Shown: positions 51,957 to 63,984 of the stretch, piece after piece | Layout: each line of letters starts with the position of its first letter | Numbering within the stretch: the first letter of the stretch is position 1 | Assembly: GCA_963804165.1 (NCBI GenBank) | Contig: CAWDPO010000024.1 | Location: 160,001-224,000, forward strand | Source: an uncultured delta proteobacterium | GTDB lineage: Bacteria; Desulfobacterota; Binatia; UBA9968 | Direction of reading: 5' to 3' | Length of the DNA: 64,000 bases | Notes under the pieces: generated by a model | The model's input: only the letters and a program-made list of their open reading frames with translations | The model's database searches: none | What the model was told of the DNA's origin: nothing | Translations under genes and position numbers: made by a program

Positions 51957-51959
51957 ATT

Positions 51960-53282
51960 CTACCTCGGCTGCGAGTTGGCTGTGGGCGCGGTTTTGTCTT
52001 CGGTCATCGCTTTTAGCGGCTTAGGGTTGACCGGCATGCCTGCCTTCACTTGTTGGATTCCCTCTGCGACAACGTTCTCCCCCGGCTTCAACCCTTCATC
52101 AATGATCCACTGCGTGCCAACGCGCTCGCCGACTTTAACCGGTCGGATGCTAACCTTGTTATCGTTGCCGACTACCGCCACTTGGTAACTACCTTGCAGC
52201 TCCGTCACCGCGCGCTGGGGAACAAGCAGAGCGTCTTTCTTCGTCGTTGTGATTGCCCTAACGCGGGCGAACTGGCCGGGACGAAGGATATTTCCAGGAT
52301 TCGGAAACAGTCCCTCCAGCCGCAGCGTGCCCGTCCTTACATCCACCTGGCGGTCAGCGAAAGAAAAGCTGCCTTTGTTGGGGTAAAGCCTCCCATCAGC
52401 CAAAATCAGCTCCAAGACCAACTTTTTCTCTTGCGCAGCTCGTTTCGCTACATCGGGGTTTTCCCTGATATAGTTGAGGTATCCGCGCTCGCTTACGGGG
52501 AAATAGACCTTGATCGGGTCAAGCGTCGACACAGTCGTGAGGAGAGTGGTCTGGCTCACAAGGTCGCCAATCTGTGCTTGCGCGACGCCGGCAATACCGT
52601 CAATAAGGGAGACGATTTTGGTAAAGCCCAGATTGAGCTGAGCCGCCTCAACCTGGGCCTTCGCCGCTTCTATTTGAGCTTTGGCCGCCCGGACTGCAGC
52701 CTGGGCGGCGAGATTGGTCTGCACCGCATTGTCGAGAGCCTGTTGGCTCACCGCCTGCTCTTTGGCGAGCGGAATGTAGCGATCCACGTCGAGCTGGGCC
52801 TTGACTTGATTCGCCTCCGCCTGCGCGAGCTGTTGCTCAGCATTGGCGAGCTGCCCTTTGGTTAGATCCAGCGCCGCCTGGAAAGTTCTCGGATCGATCT
52901 CGAACAGCAACTCTCCTTTTTTAACGAAAGAGCCTTCTTGGTAGGTCCGGCGAATTAGATAGCCCGTCACCTGTGGCCTGATCTGGGCGTTGACCAACCC
53001 CTCCAACGTGCCGATCCACTCATTCGGGATGGGCACGTCCCTTTGCTCGACCTGCACCACCTCGACTTGTGGCGGTGGCGCTTGCGGTTGCTCGGATTTC
53101 CCACAGCCGAGTGAACTCAGCAGAATCATACTCGCAATGACCTGCCAGAGACTTGGCCAACGTTTCACGGAAGTGCCTATTTGAGGAAATCTAAAAACCG
53201 ACCACTCATCACTGCGTTTCATGCGCATGTAAATTCGCCACCTTTCATCAATCAGCCGGAGCGTTCCTTCACTCATGGTCAC
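51960..53282 (-). CDS. RND membrane-fusion protein (true start probably downstream)
   Basis: IRPQVTG, GELLFEIDPR, LRPGQF, LLVPQRAV. Confidence 0.92.
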   Translation of the reverse strand: MTMSEGTLRLIDERWRIYMRMKRSDEWSVFRFPQIGTSVKRWPSLWQVIASMILLSSLGCGKSEQPQAPPPQVEVVQVEQRDVPIPNEWIGTLEGLVNAQIRPQVTGYLIRRTYQEGSFVKKGELLFEIDPRTFQAALDLTKGQLANAEQQLAQAEANQVKAQLDVDRYIPLAKEQAVSQQALDNAVQTNLAAQAAVRAAKAQIEAAKAQVEAAQLNLGFTKIVSLIDGIAGVAQAQIGDLVSQTTLLTTVSTLDPIKVYFPVSERGYLNYIRENPDVAKRAAQEKKLVLELILADGRLYPNKGSFSFADRQVDVRTGTLRLEGLFPNPGNILRPGQFARVRAITTTKKDALLVPQRAVTELQGSYQVAVVGNDNKVSIRPVKVGERVGTQWIIDEGLKPGENVVAEGIQQVKAGMPVNPKPLKAMTEDKTAPTANSQPR

Positions 53283-53439
53283 AGCCGCAAATCCGTTCCC
53301 GTGATGTCGGAATGCGAGAAATACGACAGTCTCGCGACCTCACCGGTGAGCGCAGTTTTTTTTCGAGCCTTCCCCATCTATTTCTTCTTCGTTCTCTGCC
53401 GCCACTGGTCTCACAGACTCGGCGAATTCCCGGAGCGTA

Positions 53440-54237
53440 TCAGATCGTCGGGATGTTTCCTCCGTCAATGATGTATTCGCTACCGGTGATCGAAGAAGCT
53501 CGGTCGGAAACGAGGAACGCAACCAACTCTGCGACTTCATCGGGGCGGCTGGGGCGGCCGAGCGGAATCCCGCCCAGCGAATTGATCAAACTTTGCCTCG
53601 CGGCAGCTACGTCAGTCCCTGCTTCCGCCGCCAACCGCTCAATCAATGCCTCGGCGGCCTTGGTTTCAGTGAATCCCGGGGCAACACTGTTCACCCGGAC
53701 GCCGTGCGGGCCGACTTCCTTGGAGAGTCCTTTGCTGTAATTGGTGAGAGCGGCTTTGGCGGCGGCGTAGCCCAGGGTAGCTTCGAATAAGGGCAGCGTT
53801 CGCTGGATGGAAGAAACATGGAGGATGACGCCGGAGCGTTGCTTCAGCATCGGTGGAAGAAAGCCGCGATCCAGGCGCACCGCCGAAAACAGATTCAGCT
53901 CGAATTCCTGCTGCCAGATTTCATCGTTCAACGCCAGCACACCACCGCCCGGCGCGGAAGAGCCGCCAACGCTGTTGATTAGGATATCGAGGCCGCCGAG
54001 GCGTTCAAAGGTTGTCTTGATGATGTGATCCGCCCCCGCACGTGTGCTGACGTCCGCTTGAATGAACCCTTCGGGATTGGCGCCTGCAAGAATATTTCTA
54101 GCGGTACTGAGCACCGTCCCACCGCCCCTTATTAGACGGCTCACGACGGCCTCGCCAATTCCTCTGGTGCCGCCCGTGACCAGAATTCGCTTGCCAGAGA
54201 ATTCGTTTGCGTCGTATGGGACGTTGGATGCGCTCAT
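53440..54237 (-). CDS. Short-chain dehydrogenase/reductase
   Basis: [19 protein letters not shown]. Confidence 0.9.
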   Translation of the reverse strand: MSASNVPYDANEFSGKRILVTGGTRGIGEAVVSRLIRGGGTVLSTARNILAGANPEGFIQADVSTRAGADHIIKTTFERLGGLDILINSVGGSSAPGGGVLALNDEIWQQEFELNLFSAVRLDRGFLPPMLKQRSGVILHVSSIQRTLPLFEATLGYAAAKAALTNYSKGLSKEVGPHGVRVNSVAPGFTETKAAEALIERLAAEAGTDVAAARQSLINSLGGIPLGRPSRPDEVAELVAFLVSDRASSITGSEYIIDGGNIPTI

Positions 54238-54334
54238 AGGTGCCCCTCCTCGCTCGCGTTCCTACTGCGGCCTGCTAATGGTCATCACCACATTCCGTTA
54301 AATTCACCCCAACCCTCTGTTTGCGGCGATTACG

Positions 54335-55832
54335 TCAACTCGGCACGCCGTTGATAAAATCGAGGATTGCCGGAATCACCGTCTGGGATGCTTCTTCCAT
54401 CAGCCAATGACCCACGCCCGCGACAACCTGACCTCGGACATCGGATGCCACCAGCGTGGCTTGTTCGATGAGAAAGTTGCCGCTGGCCTTTTCGCCAGTT
54501 AGCACCATCACCGGCATTGCGAGACGGCTCGCGCCCAGCTGGGCGAAATCCTGCGCGTCGCGTTCGAGATTGCGGAAATACTCGAAGCCGGCGCGCATGC
54601 CGCCGGGCTGCGAGTAGGCCTGCGCATAGATACAGCGATCGGCCTCCGGTACCGAGTGTTTCGGATCGGCGGCGAAGTCGTTCCAAAAGTGTTCGAAGTA
54701 GGTCCGCTCGCGCCCGTGGACCAGTGCGAGCGGCACATTGCCGTGGAAGTGAAAATGCCACAGGTCGCGCAGCAGCCAAACGTCTTTCCAGTTCCCGATG
54801 CCAGGGAGAAACGCGTCCATCAGCACCACGCGCTCGGTAGACTGCGGAAACTGCGCCGCGAACGCGTAAGCGACCATCAATCCGATGTCGTGGCCGACGA
54901 TGCTGACGCGATCCAATCCTAACGAGGCGGTCAAATCGTGGATGTCGACGGCCATATTCTTCTTGTCATAGCCGCCCTCCGGCTTGGACGATCCACCAGC
55001 GCCGCGCAGATCGGGAACGATGACGGTGTGACGCTCGGCGAGCAACGGCATGATCGGCTGCCACATGTGACTGGTTTCGGCGTAACCGTGCAGTAAAACC
55101 ACCGGGCTACCTTTACCATGAAATAGCGCAGTCTAACTCCGTTGACCTCGGCGAAGCGTTCGGCAAAAGCGGAATCGACTGTGGCGACCTCGGCCCTATG
55201 GGGAGAAGATGGCGTCGGCAATGCGGCGAGCAGTTCTTCAGTCACGAGAATCGCATGCGCGAACGTCGGTCCGTTCAGCTCGTGCGCCGCGTGCATCATC
55301 TCGCGGCTGAACGCCGCCGTTGCGTCCTCACCAACGTGACGTGATAACCAAGCTCCATCGCGAAGCGGGACGTCGACTCGATGCAAGTATTTGCGAGTAG
55401 ACCGATCACGATGACGTTTTCTATGTCATGCTGTTTGAGCTGCTGATCGAGATCGGTGTTGGCGAAGCCGCTCTGGGCCCAATGCTCCTTGATGATGACG
55501 TCGCCTTCGTGGGGTGCGAAGTCCGGATGCCATTCACCGCCCCAGGTTCCTTTGGCAAAGGTTTGCCGTTTACCCGAAGCAATCTGGCTCGGGTTCGCGT
55601 GTTTCCATTTGACGTAATCACCGGGTTCCCAGCGATGATGCGGCACGATGAAGATCTGAATCTTTGCAGCACGCGCTGCTGCAACGATCTGGCGCAAGTG
55701 ATCGAGGAGGTGTTCTTCCTCGGCGATATCTTTGAGCAAGGGCCAAAGCTTGCCACCTTCGCTGAGAAAATCATTGTACGGATCGACGAGCAGCAGACCG
55801 GTGGTGTCTGAAGAATAGTTGGTTGTAGTCAT
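54335..55832 (-). CDS. Apparent fusion of a cysteine hydrolase (isochorismatase family) and an alpha/beta hydrolase (epoxide hydrolase/dehalogenase type); two frameshifts
   Basis: VDPYNDF, ANTC, DATAAFS...ELLAALP reads without a stop into EVNGVRLRY (ORF 54931..55386), then LLHGY, GHDIG, GHWL. Confidence 0.65.
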
Positions 55833-55899
55833 GTGATTCTCCGAGGCCCCATCATGTCGGTTTTGCAATGAGCAGCGCCGCTCCTTATTCCTAGATCAC

Positions 55900-56594
55900 C
55901 TAGGCCGCCAAATCGAACACAAGAACTTCAGCGTGATCGAGACCTTTGACCTCGAAGATGCTTTCTTGACCGATAGCGGCGCCATCGCCTGCACCAAGCG
56001 CGGTTCCATTCAGAGTTACAGTTCCGCGCGCGGCCAAGCAGCCCGGCCGCGCTTTAAAGAATAACTAATGGCGTGACCTTGAGGCAGAACGGCAAGCGAG
56101 ATCTCAGCATCCTGATGGACCTTGACCGCTCCATCGCGCGCATCCGGCGCGGCGACGAGAACCAAGCTCCCACTAGTTTTCTCGAGCTCGAACGAGCGTT
56201 GTTCATATCCTGGCTTCAATCCCGATTGATTGGGCAGGATCCAGATCTGCAGAAAGTGTACCGGCTCGGTTTGCGATGCGTTGTATTCGCTGTGGCTGAT
56301 TCCTGTTCCCGCGCTCATGCGCTGAACGTCCCCGACCCGAATGACCGAGCTCGTTCCCGTGCTGTCTTTGTGCGCCAGCGCGCCTTCCAGGACATAGGTG
56401 ATGATTTCCATGTCGCGATGCGAATGAGTCGGAAATCCCGCGCCCGGGGTGACTCGATCTTCATTGATAACTCTAAGATCGCTGAAACCCATGTGTTGCG
56501 GATCGCGGTAATCGCCGAAGGAAAAACTATGGCGGCTGTCGAGCCAGTTGAATCTCGTACGTCCCCTTTCATCGCCATGGCGCACGGTGATCAT
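55900..56594 (-). CDS. Pirin-family protein (YhhW-like), frameshift near 56030
   Basis: [35 protein letters not shown]; true end LVFDLAA* at 55900. Confidence 0.9.
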
Positions 56595-56744
56595 TTTGCC
56601 TCCTTATTCGCCGGCTGAAATAAAATCCGCGACAACCGGCGGTCGCTCACCGATGTGAAAGCCTACACTTCTTCGGCCTCGTGATCCGCCACCGTGACCC
56701 GCTCTTGCTTGCGCATGTACTCCGCCCGGGATCTCCTTGTTTCC

Positions 56745-57563
56745 TTTGTCGACGACGATGAAGCGCTTAGCAGCGATACAGCTCTGCCCGCTGTTAATCA
56801 GGCGCGCCTCTGCCGCCATCTTCGCCGCTTTCTTAAGATCAGCGTCCCCGAGGACAATGAACGGGTCGCTCCCCCCTAGCTCGAGCACGGTTTTCTTGAG
56901 CTCACGGCCCGCCTGCTCTGCCACCTTGCTCCCGGCGCGATCGCTGCCGGTTAAGGTGACTGCCCGAATACGCGGATCCGCAATTATGGTGGGGACGCGA
57001 TCGGTCGCCACGAGGGCCACGCGGAAGAGGCCCTCTGGAAACCCGGCCTCGCGAAAGACTTCCTCAATCTGAAGCGCGCAGCGCGGAACGTTGGAGGCAT
57101 GCTTCAGGATTCCGGCGTTACCCGCCATGAGCGCTGGAGCGGCGAAGCGAAAGACCTGCCAGAAGGGAAAGTTCCAAGGCATGATGGCCAGCACCGGCCC
57201 GATGGGTTCGAACCGTACATAGCTGCGGGAAGCGTCGGTTTGTCGAGGCTCGTCCGCAAGAAAAGCCTCGGCGTGCTCAGCGTAATAGTCACAGACCCAC
57301 GCGCACTTCTCCACTTCCGCTTCACCCTGGACAATCGGTTTCCCCATCTCGAGGGCCATGGTCCTTGCATACTTTTCCCTGTTGGTTCTCAGAATGCGGG
57401 CCGCTTCGCGCATCTTTTTTGCGCGATCCGCGAATGGACGGCTATGCCAGTCGCGAAACATCGTGTGTGCGGCTTCCAGAATCCGATCGATTTCGCTTGT
57501 TGTCGTTTCCTGAAAACTCTCCAAGACTTCACCCGTGGCTGGATTGATGGATTGGATGCTCAT
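56745..57563 (-). pseudogene. gabD: N-terminal part of the succinate-semialdehyde dehydrogenase (split gene)
   Basis: INPATGE, MPWNFP, LELGGSDP, NSGQSCIAAKRFIVVDK, then unrelated sequence. Confidence 0.88.
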
Positions 57564-57578
57564 TTGACGCCTCCTAAC

Positions 57579-59228
57579 TCAAATAGGGCAGACCCAAGCC
57601 CCCAATTTTTCGGTCAGCCTCAAGTTCTCACTATAGTCAACGGGGCAAGCCACCACCGCCGGCACCCGCTGGCGGAACGCCTCATCGAGGATCCGCAGAA
57701 GCTCCCCTGCGACGCTAACCCGGTATCCCTTGCACCCAAAGGACTCGGCCAGGGCGACAAAGTCCGGGTTACTGAAATTTACGAAGGCGGGCCGCCCGTA
57801 GCGCTTTAGCTGCTTCCATTTAATTACGCCGTAACCCAAGTCCTCGAAAATGAGTGCGACAAAACTCGTCCCTGCCCGAACGGCCGTCTCCAGTTCGTGC
57901 GCGGTCATAAGGAATCCCCCGTCACCGCAGGCCGCCAGCACGCGCCGCTCTGGATAGAGGAGCTTAGCGCCGATCGCTCCAGGGAGGGCAATTCCCATGC
58001 TGGCAAACCCGTTGGAGATGATACAGGTGTTGGGGCGAGCGCACCCATACATACGCGCAATCCAAAGTTTGTGTGCGCCGACATCGCTAATCAGGATGTC
58101 ATTTTCGCCTAGTACTTCTCTTAGGGCACGGACCACCTGCTGCGGCTTCAGAGGGAACGCGTCACCCTCAGCCTCGGCGCGAAACTCCTTTTGGATAATC
58201 TCTTTTAGCGCGCCGGCACCGCGGCTCGAGCCGGAATCCGCACGCGCCGAGGCGCGTTGTGCAATTCGCGTCAGCGATTCGGCAATCTGCCCTTGGACAC
58301 CGACGGCTACCTGATAGGCAGCGTCCACCTCGGCCGGCGATGGATCGATGTGCACGATGCGCTTGTCCTGCCTCGGATTCCACCGTTCCGGCGCGTACTC
58401 GACGAGGTCGTAGCCGACGCAGATGATCACGTCTGCCCGATCGAGCCCACATGAAACGTAATCGTGCTCCTGGAGACCCACGGTCCCCAAACACAGCGCG
58501 TGCGCGTCGGGGACGCTCCCTTTTCCCATGAATGTTTCCACCACCGGGATGCCGAGCGTATCAATGAAATGGCGGAGAGCGTCGCTCGCACGGCCTCGCG
58601 CCACCCCATTACCGGCGAGGACGAGGGGATCTCGCGCCTCCGAAATGATCTTCGCTGCCCGCACAATCTGCTGGTCAAGAGGTTCAGTCGGAAAAGCTTG
58701 TTGCGGCAACAGCGGCTCAAGACCCGAGGGCGTCTCCGCATCCGCCACATCTTCAGGGAGGTCTAGATGAGTAGCCCCCGGCTTCTCTGTCTGCGCTACC
58801 TTGAAGGCCTTGCGCACCGCTTCCGGCACAACCTGAGGGCGGACGAGCTGCGCGTTCCACTTCACCGCCGGTCGATAGAGCGAGATCAGGTCGAGATACT
58901 GATGCGACTCCTTATGAAAACGCTCGGTCCCTGCCTGCGCAGTGATCGCGACGAGAGGTGCCCGGTCCATGTTCGCATCGGCGACGCCCGTTAGCAGATT
59001 CGTTGCACCTGGGCCGAGGGTCGCGAGGCAAACGCTCGCCTTCCCGGTGAGCCGGCCCTGGACGTCGGCCATGAAAGCCGCGCCCTGCTCGTGGCGCGTC
59101 TGGAGAAAGCGAATTTTGGAATCAAGAATGGCCTCCAGCACGGCGAGGTTCTCTTCGCCTGGCACGCCGAACATGTGCTCGAGCCGCTCGTTCTCGAGAC
59201 AGCGGACTAAGAGCTCTGCTCCTGTCAT
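57579..59228 (-). CDS. Acetolactate synthase large subunit-like ThDP enzyme
   Basis: FGVPGEEN, RHEQGAAFMA, TLGPGATN, GDGGF. Confidence 0.9.
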   Translation of the reverse strand: MTGAELLVRCLENERLEHMFGVPGEENLAVLEAILDSKIRFLQTRHEQGAAFMADVQGRLTGKASVCLATLGPGATNLLTGVADANMDRAPLVAITAQAGTERFHKESHQYLDLISLYRPAVKWNAQLVRPQVVPEAVRKAFKVAQTEKPGATHLDLPEDVADAETPSGLEPLLPQQAFPTEPLDQQIVRAAKIISEARDPLVLAGNGVARGRASDALRHFIDTLGIPVVETFMGKGSVPDAHALCLGTVGLQEHDYVSCGLDRADVIICVGYDLVEYAPERWNPRQDKRIVHIDPSPAEVDAAYQVAVGVQGQIAESLTRIAQRASARADSGSSRGAGALKEIIQKEFRAEAEGDAFPLKPQQVVRALREVLGENDILISDVGAHKLWIARMYGCARPNTCIISNGFASMGIALPGAIGAKLLYPERRVLAACGDGGFLMTAHELETAVRAGTSFVALIFEDLGYGVIKWKQLKRYGRPAFVNFSNPDFVALAESFGCKGYRVSVAGELLRILDEAFRQRVPAVVACPVDYSENLRLTEKLGAWVCPI

Positions 59229-59302
59229 GCTTCATCTCCCTTCGTGGGGAAAGAACTGTGTACCTCGATCAACTCTCTCATGTAGCGTTATCGTCGCGAT
59301 GT

Positions 59303-59548
59303 TCACTTCTTTCCGTATTTTTTCTTGAAACGATCGATGCGACCTCCCGTATCGAGAACACGCTGTTTTCCAGTGAAGAATGGATGCGACGCCGATGATA
59401 TCTCAAGCCTTATCAGCGGATAGCTCTTGCCGTCTTTCCACTTGATGGTCTCTTTTGAATCCATCGTTGATGTTCCAAGAAAGGAAAAATCTGAAGAGAT
59501 GTCTTTAAAAACAACCTGACGAACCTTCGGATGAATATTTTTTCTCAT
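59303..59548 (-). CDS. rpmE2: 50S ribosomal protein L31 type B (Zn-free)
   Basis: [26 protein letters not shown]; no CxxC motifs. Confidence 0.93.
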   Translation of the reverse strand: MRKNIHPKVRQVVFKDISSDFSFLGTSTMDSKETIKWKDGKSYPLIRLEISSASHPFFTGKQRVLDTGGRIDRFKKKYGKK

Positions 59549-59596
59549 TTTGTTGGATCCTTCGATTTCGCTGGGCTTTTCATTCGTTTTTTCAAA

Positions 59597-61664
59597 TCAA
59601 ATACCCGCAAAAAACATGACCACCGAGCGCGCCTCGGCGCGGTAGGAGTAGCCGGGAACCGATTCTGCGGTCTCCCAAGATAGGATGTCGTGCGGGGAGT
59701 CAAGGGCTGTGTCGATCCAGCGGCGCCATGCAGTTTCACTCGTGTTTTTCACCTGCGGCAGCTCGAAATCGAGCGCCTCCCAATAAGCGTTCAAGATCAT
59801 GTGAAAGAGCATCTTTTCTCTCCGGATTTCCATGGTGAACGCAACGCTGTGGGAAAACTCGCCCCAGTCGGGCTGGCTCAGTTTCACGCCGTGCCAGACT
59901 ACGTTGGCTCTGCGGAGGAGCTGGCACAAGCTTACGCGCTGGCCATCGGTTTCCAAGTCTCGTAAGAGGCGTCGCGTATTGAGCAGAGTCACGAACCGAT
60001 GAACATCTGCGTGCTTCGCGAGTAGCGTCCAGTCGAACCAACTGGTTTCGTTGTCCTGGCAGTAGGCATTATTGTTGCCGTATTGTGTGTGCCGCGCTTC
60101 GTCACCCATGAGAAACATGGGCAGACCCGCAGACAACATCGTTACGGCCAAAAAGTTCTTCACCTGCCGGTTTCTGAGCTTTTCCACAGCGGGATCATCG
60201 GTGGGACCTTCGACGCCGCAGTTCCAGCTCCGATTGTCGTTGGCGCCGTCGCGATTGTTTTCGCCATTCGCTTCATTGTGCTTTTGGTCATAAGAGACGA
60301 GGTCGTTCAATGTAAAGCCGTCATGACACGTCACATAGTTAACACTTTGCTCAGCCTCGCGTTCTTCATGAGCGTAAATTGCGGGGCTACCGAGCAAGCG
60401 GTCAGCAAACCGTCCGACAGACCCGTCTTCCCCACGGAAAAAACTCCGCACGTCATCGCGGAACCGCCCATTCCATTCCTTCCAACAATCGCCGATGAAG
60501 CTGCCTACCTGGTAGAGGCCGGTCGCATCCCACGCCTCCGCGATGAGCTTGGTGCCGGCGAGCACAGGATCCGATTCAATGTCCCACAATACAGGCGGGT
60601 TCGGGATCAATTGGCCTGACTCATCCCGCCCGAGGATCGCCGCCAGATCGAATCGGAAGCCGTCCACGTGCATCTCCTCGACCCAATAACGAAGGCTGTC
60701 GACGATCATTCGGCGAACGATCGGTTGATTAGCGCTGAGCGTATTGCCGGTGCCGCTGTAATCGGCATAGCGTGCGCGGTCCTTGTCGAGAATGTAATAA
60801 GTGCTGTTGTCCAAGCCACGCAAACTCAAGGTCGGGCCATTATGGTCGCCTTCTGCTGTGTGGTTGAACACAACGTCGAGAATAACCTCGATACCTGCCC
60901 GGTGCAGCGCCTTGACCATATCGCGGAACTCATCGATCGGTCCGAGCGAGTCTCGGCGCGAACTGTACGCCTGGTGCGGCGCAAAAAATGAGACCGGCGC
61001 ATAGCCCCAGTAGTTGACCAGCCCCAGCGGGGAATCCTGAGGGTCAAACTGAAACACCGGCATCAGTTCGACTGCCGTTACACCGAGCTCGTGCAGGTAC
61101 GGGATTTTCTCGATCAGCCCCGCAAAGGTGCCGCGTGTTTGCTCCGCGACACAGGAACTCGGATGACTCGTAAAGCCGCGCACATGCATTTCATAGATGA
61201 TAGTCCGGGACGAGGACCGGTTGAGCGGCATGTCGCCTTCCCAGTCGTACGCACATGGATCCACCACAACACTCTTCATCGCCGTCGCGCAATTGTCGCC
61301 TTCCTTCTGGGCCGCCTCGCGACTGTAATTCTTCGGAACAACGGTGCCGCGTCCATATGGATCCAGGAGGACCTTGGCGACGATCGAACCGCATTCCACT
61401 CGAAAGATCGTATGGCCCCTCAGCTCGATAGCCGTAGATCTGCCCCGCTCTCACGCCCGGCACGAATACATGCCAGTAGTGATACGTGCGGTTGGTTGAA
61501 GCATCGATGCGGATCACACGTGCAGGCGCGGCGTCATCGACGCAATCAAAGAGGAGGAGCTCGACTGCCGTTGCATGCTTTGAGTAGACGCTAAAGTTTG
61601 CCCCTTCAACAGAAAGTGTCGCTCCGAGAGGAGAACTCCGGCCTTCGGTGGTTTCTTGTGTCAC
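59597..61664 (-). CDS. glgX: Glycogen debranching enzyme/isoamylase (frameshift near 61380)
   Basis: PLGAT, YEMHVRGF, NYWGY, DVVFNHTAEG, DGFRFDLA, AEAWD, HDGFTL. Confidence 0.92.
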
Positions 61665-61705
61665 TGTGCTCGAAAGTTTTCGCGGCTTACACGAGTTTCG
61701 GATAT

Positions 61706-61878
61706 CTCACCACAGAGACACCGGTCATGAGAAAAATCAAAAATCATCAAAAATTGCAAATTCTGCCTGAACGAAATCAAGTACTTGCAACTGCTGATTT
61801 TTGCGAAAAGGGATTTCATCACCGAGGACACGGGGAAGAGAAATAAGAGACGCTGCATGCTCTGCGCTTCTGTGGTCA
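61706..61878. repeat. REP-like intergenic palindromes
   Basis: caccacagagacac / caccgaggacacgggg ... ctctgcgcttctgtggt. Confidence 0.45.
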
Positions 61879-61889
61879 ATTCTATTCTC

Positions 61890-63984
61890 CTATTGTCGTT
61901 GCGGATCTGCCGCGTACCATTTTAATTCCTGCCCGAGCAATTCCGTTGCAGCCGTCACCACTTGGTCCGGTTCGAATCCAAACTTTCTCTGCAAGTTCTT
62001 TTAGCGGCGCCGATGCTCCGAACGTTTTCATGCCGATCATACGCCCCGACCTGCCGATGTATCGCTCCCATCCGAAAGTCGATGCCTGCTCCACCGCGAC
62101 GCGCGCCGTCACCTGCGGCGGTAGCACTTCATCCTGATACTCCTGTGTCTGATGCTCGAATATGTCCCAGGATGGCATCGATACAACACGCGATCGGATG
62201 CCCTCGGCAACGAGCTTCTCGTGCGCTTCCACGGCAAGACTCACCTCACTGCCCGATGCGATGAGAATCACTTCGGGGTTCCCGCGCGAAGCGTCAGCGA
62301 GCACATAGGCGCCGCGCGCGACTCCAGATGCCGGCGGCGTACTTCTTCCGATCCAGTGTCGGCAACGGCTGGCGCGACAGCACCAGAACAGCCGGCTGGT
62401 GACGTAGCTGCATAATGTAGCGGTAGGCTTCAACGACCTCGTTGGCATCGCCGGGCCGCAGAGTGACCAACCCAGGGATCGCGCGCAACGATGCCAGATG
62501 CTCTACCGGCTGATGAGTCGGGCCGTCTTCACCGTCACCCATCGCGTCGTGTGTGAAGATAAATATGGTTGGGAGTTCCATCAAAGCCGATAGCCGGATC
62601 GCCGGCCGCGCGTAGTCGCTGAAGATGAAGAACGTCGCACCGAAAGCGCGGAGCTTGGATAGCGAGAGCCCGTTCACCGTTGCGGCCATCGCATGCTCGC
62701 GGATGCCGAAGTGCAGATTTTTCCCTGCCCGGTTATCGGCCTCGAAGTCTCCCGCGTCCTTGAACGTCAGAGTGGTCTTATTCGAAGGCCCAAGATCGGC
62801 GGAGCCACCAAGAAACCAAGGAATGTTCTGGGCAAGAACGTTCAGCACTTTGCCTGAGGCGTCTCTGCCTGCGATGCCTTTCGGATCTGCCGGGAACACC
62901 GGTAGATCGCGGTCCCACCCGGCAGGCAGTTCGCGCCGCTGCATCTGCTCGATCTCGGTTGCCAGTTCAGGATACCTGGCTTCGATAGGCGGCGAAGAGT
63001 TCCGTCCATTGTTGCCGGGACTTCGCGCCGCGCGCGCCGACGCCGGCGGCAAAGTGTTCATAGACGCCGTCGGGCACAAGAAACTTGGCATCCTCGGGCC
63101 AGCCGTAGAACTTCTTAGAGAGGCGGATCTCATCATCACCGAGAGGCTCGCCGTGGGCGGCAGCAGTGTCCTGTCTATGCGGGGATCCATAACCAATGTG
63201 ACTGTCCAGCACGATGAACGTGGGGCGGTCTTTGGTCTTGTGAAAGATATCGAGGGCGTGCTCGATGCGCTCGATATCGTTGGCGTCGCCGACGCGCAAA
63301 ACGTTCCAGCCGTAAGCCAGAAAGCGCGCCTCGACGTCCTCCGTAAAGGTGATGCGCGTCTGCCCCTCGATGGTGATGTGGTTGTTGTCGTAGATCCAAC
63401 AAAGGTTGTCGAGGCCCAAATGACCCGCTAGCGACGCTGCTTCCGACGCGACGCCTTCCATCAGGCAGCCGTCTCCGCAAACCGCATAAATATTGTAGTT
63501 GAAAATCTCAAAGCCGGGCCGGTTGTAACGGTTGGCGAGCCACTTCTCGCCAATGCCCATCCCGACGCTCGTAGCAACGCCTTGCCCGAGTGGACCGGTC
63601 GTGGTTTCAACGCCTGAAACCCAATGATACTCGGGATGCCCCGGGGCTTTGCTGTCGAGTTGCCGGAAGTGGCGAATGTCATCGAGCGAAACCGATGGAT
63701 GACCGAGGCTTTCGTATTCAGCGTTGACCGCCTGCGTGCGCGTGAGATGGAGCACCGACCAGAGCAGCATCGAGGCGTGGCCGTTTGAGAGCACGAAGCG
63801 ATCGCGGTTGGGCCAGATCGGGATCCTGCGGATCGAAGCGCATGACGCGATTCCAGATCGTATAAACCAGCGGCGCAAGCGCCATCGGCGTGCCGGGGTG
63901 CCCGGACTTGGCCTGCTGTACCGCATCCATTGAGAGCGTGCGAATTGTATTGATCGCCAATTGAGTCATGTTTTCGTCTGTCAT
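61890..63984 (-). CDS. tkt: Transketolase (several frameshifts)
   Basis: SGHPG, RDRFVLSNGH, TTGPLGQG, GDGCLMEG, GIREHAM, EDGPTHQP. Confidence 0.93.

Noticed and set aside
46377-57563. Split gabD as an intron or intein case
   Set aside because: No reverse transcriptase, homing endonuclease or intein motifs; the insert holds ordinary metabolic and efflux genes
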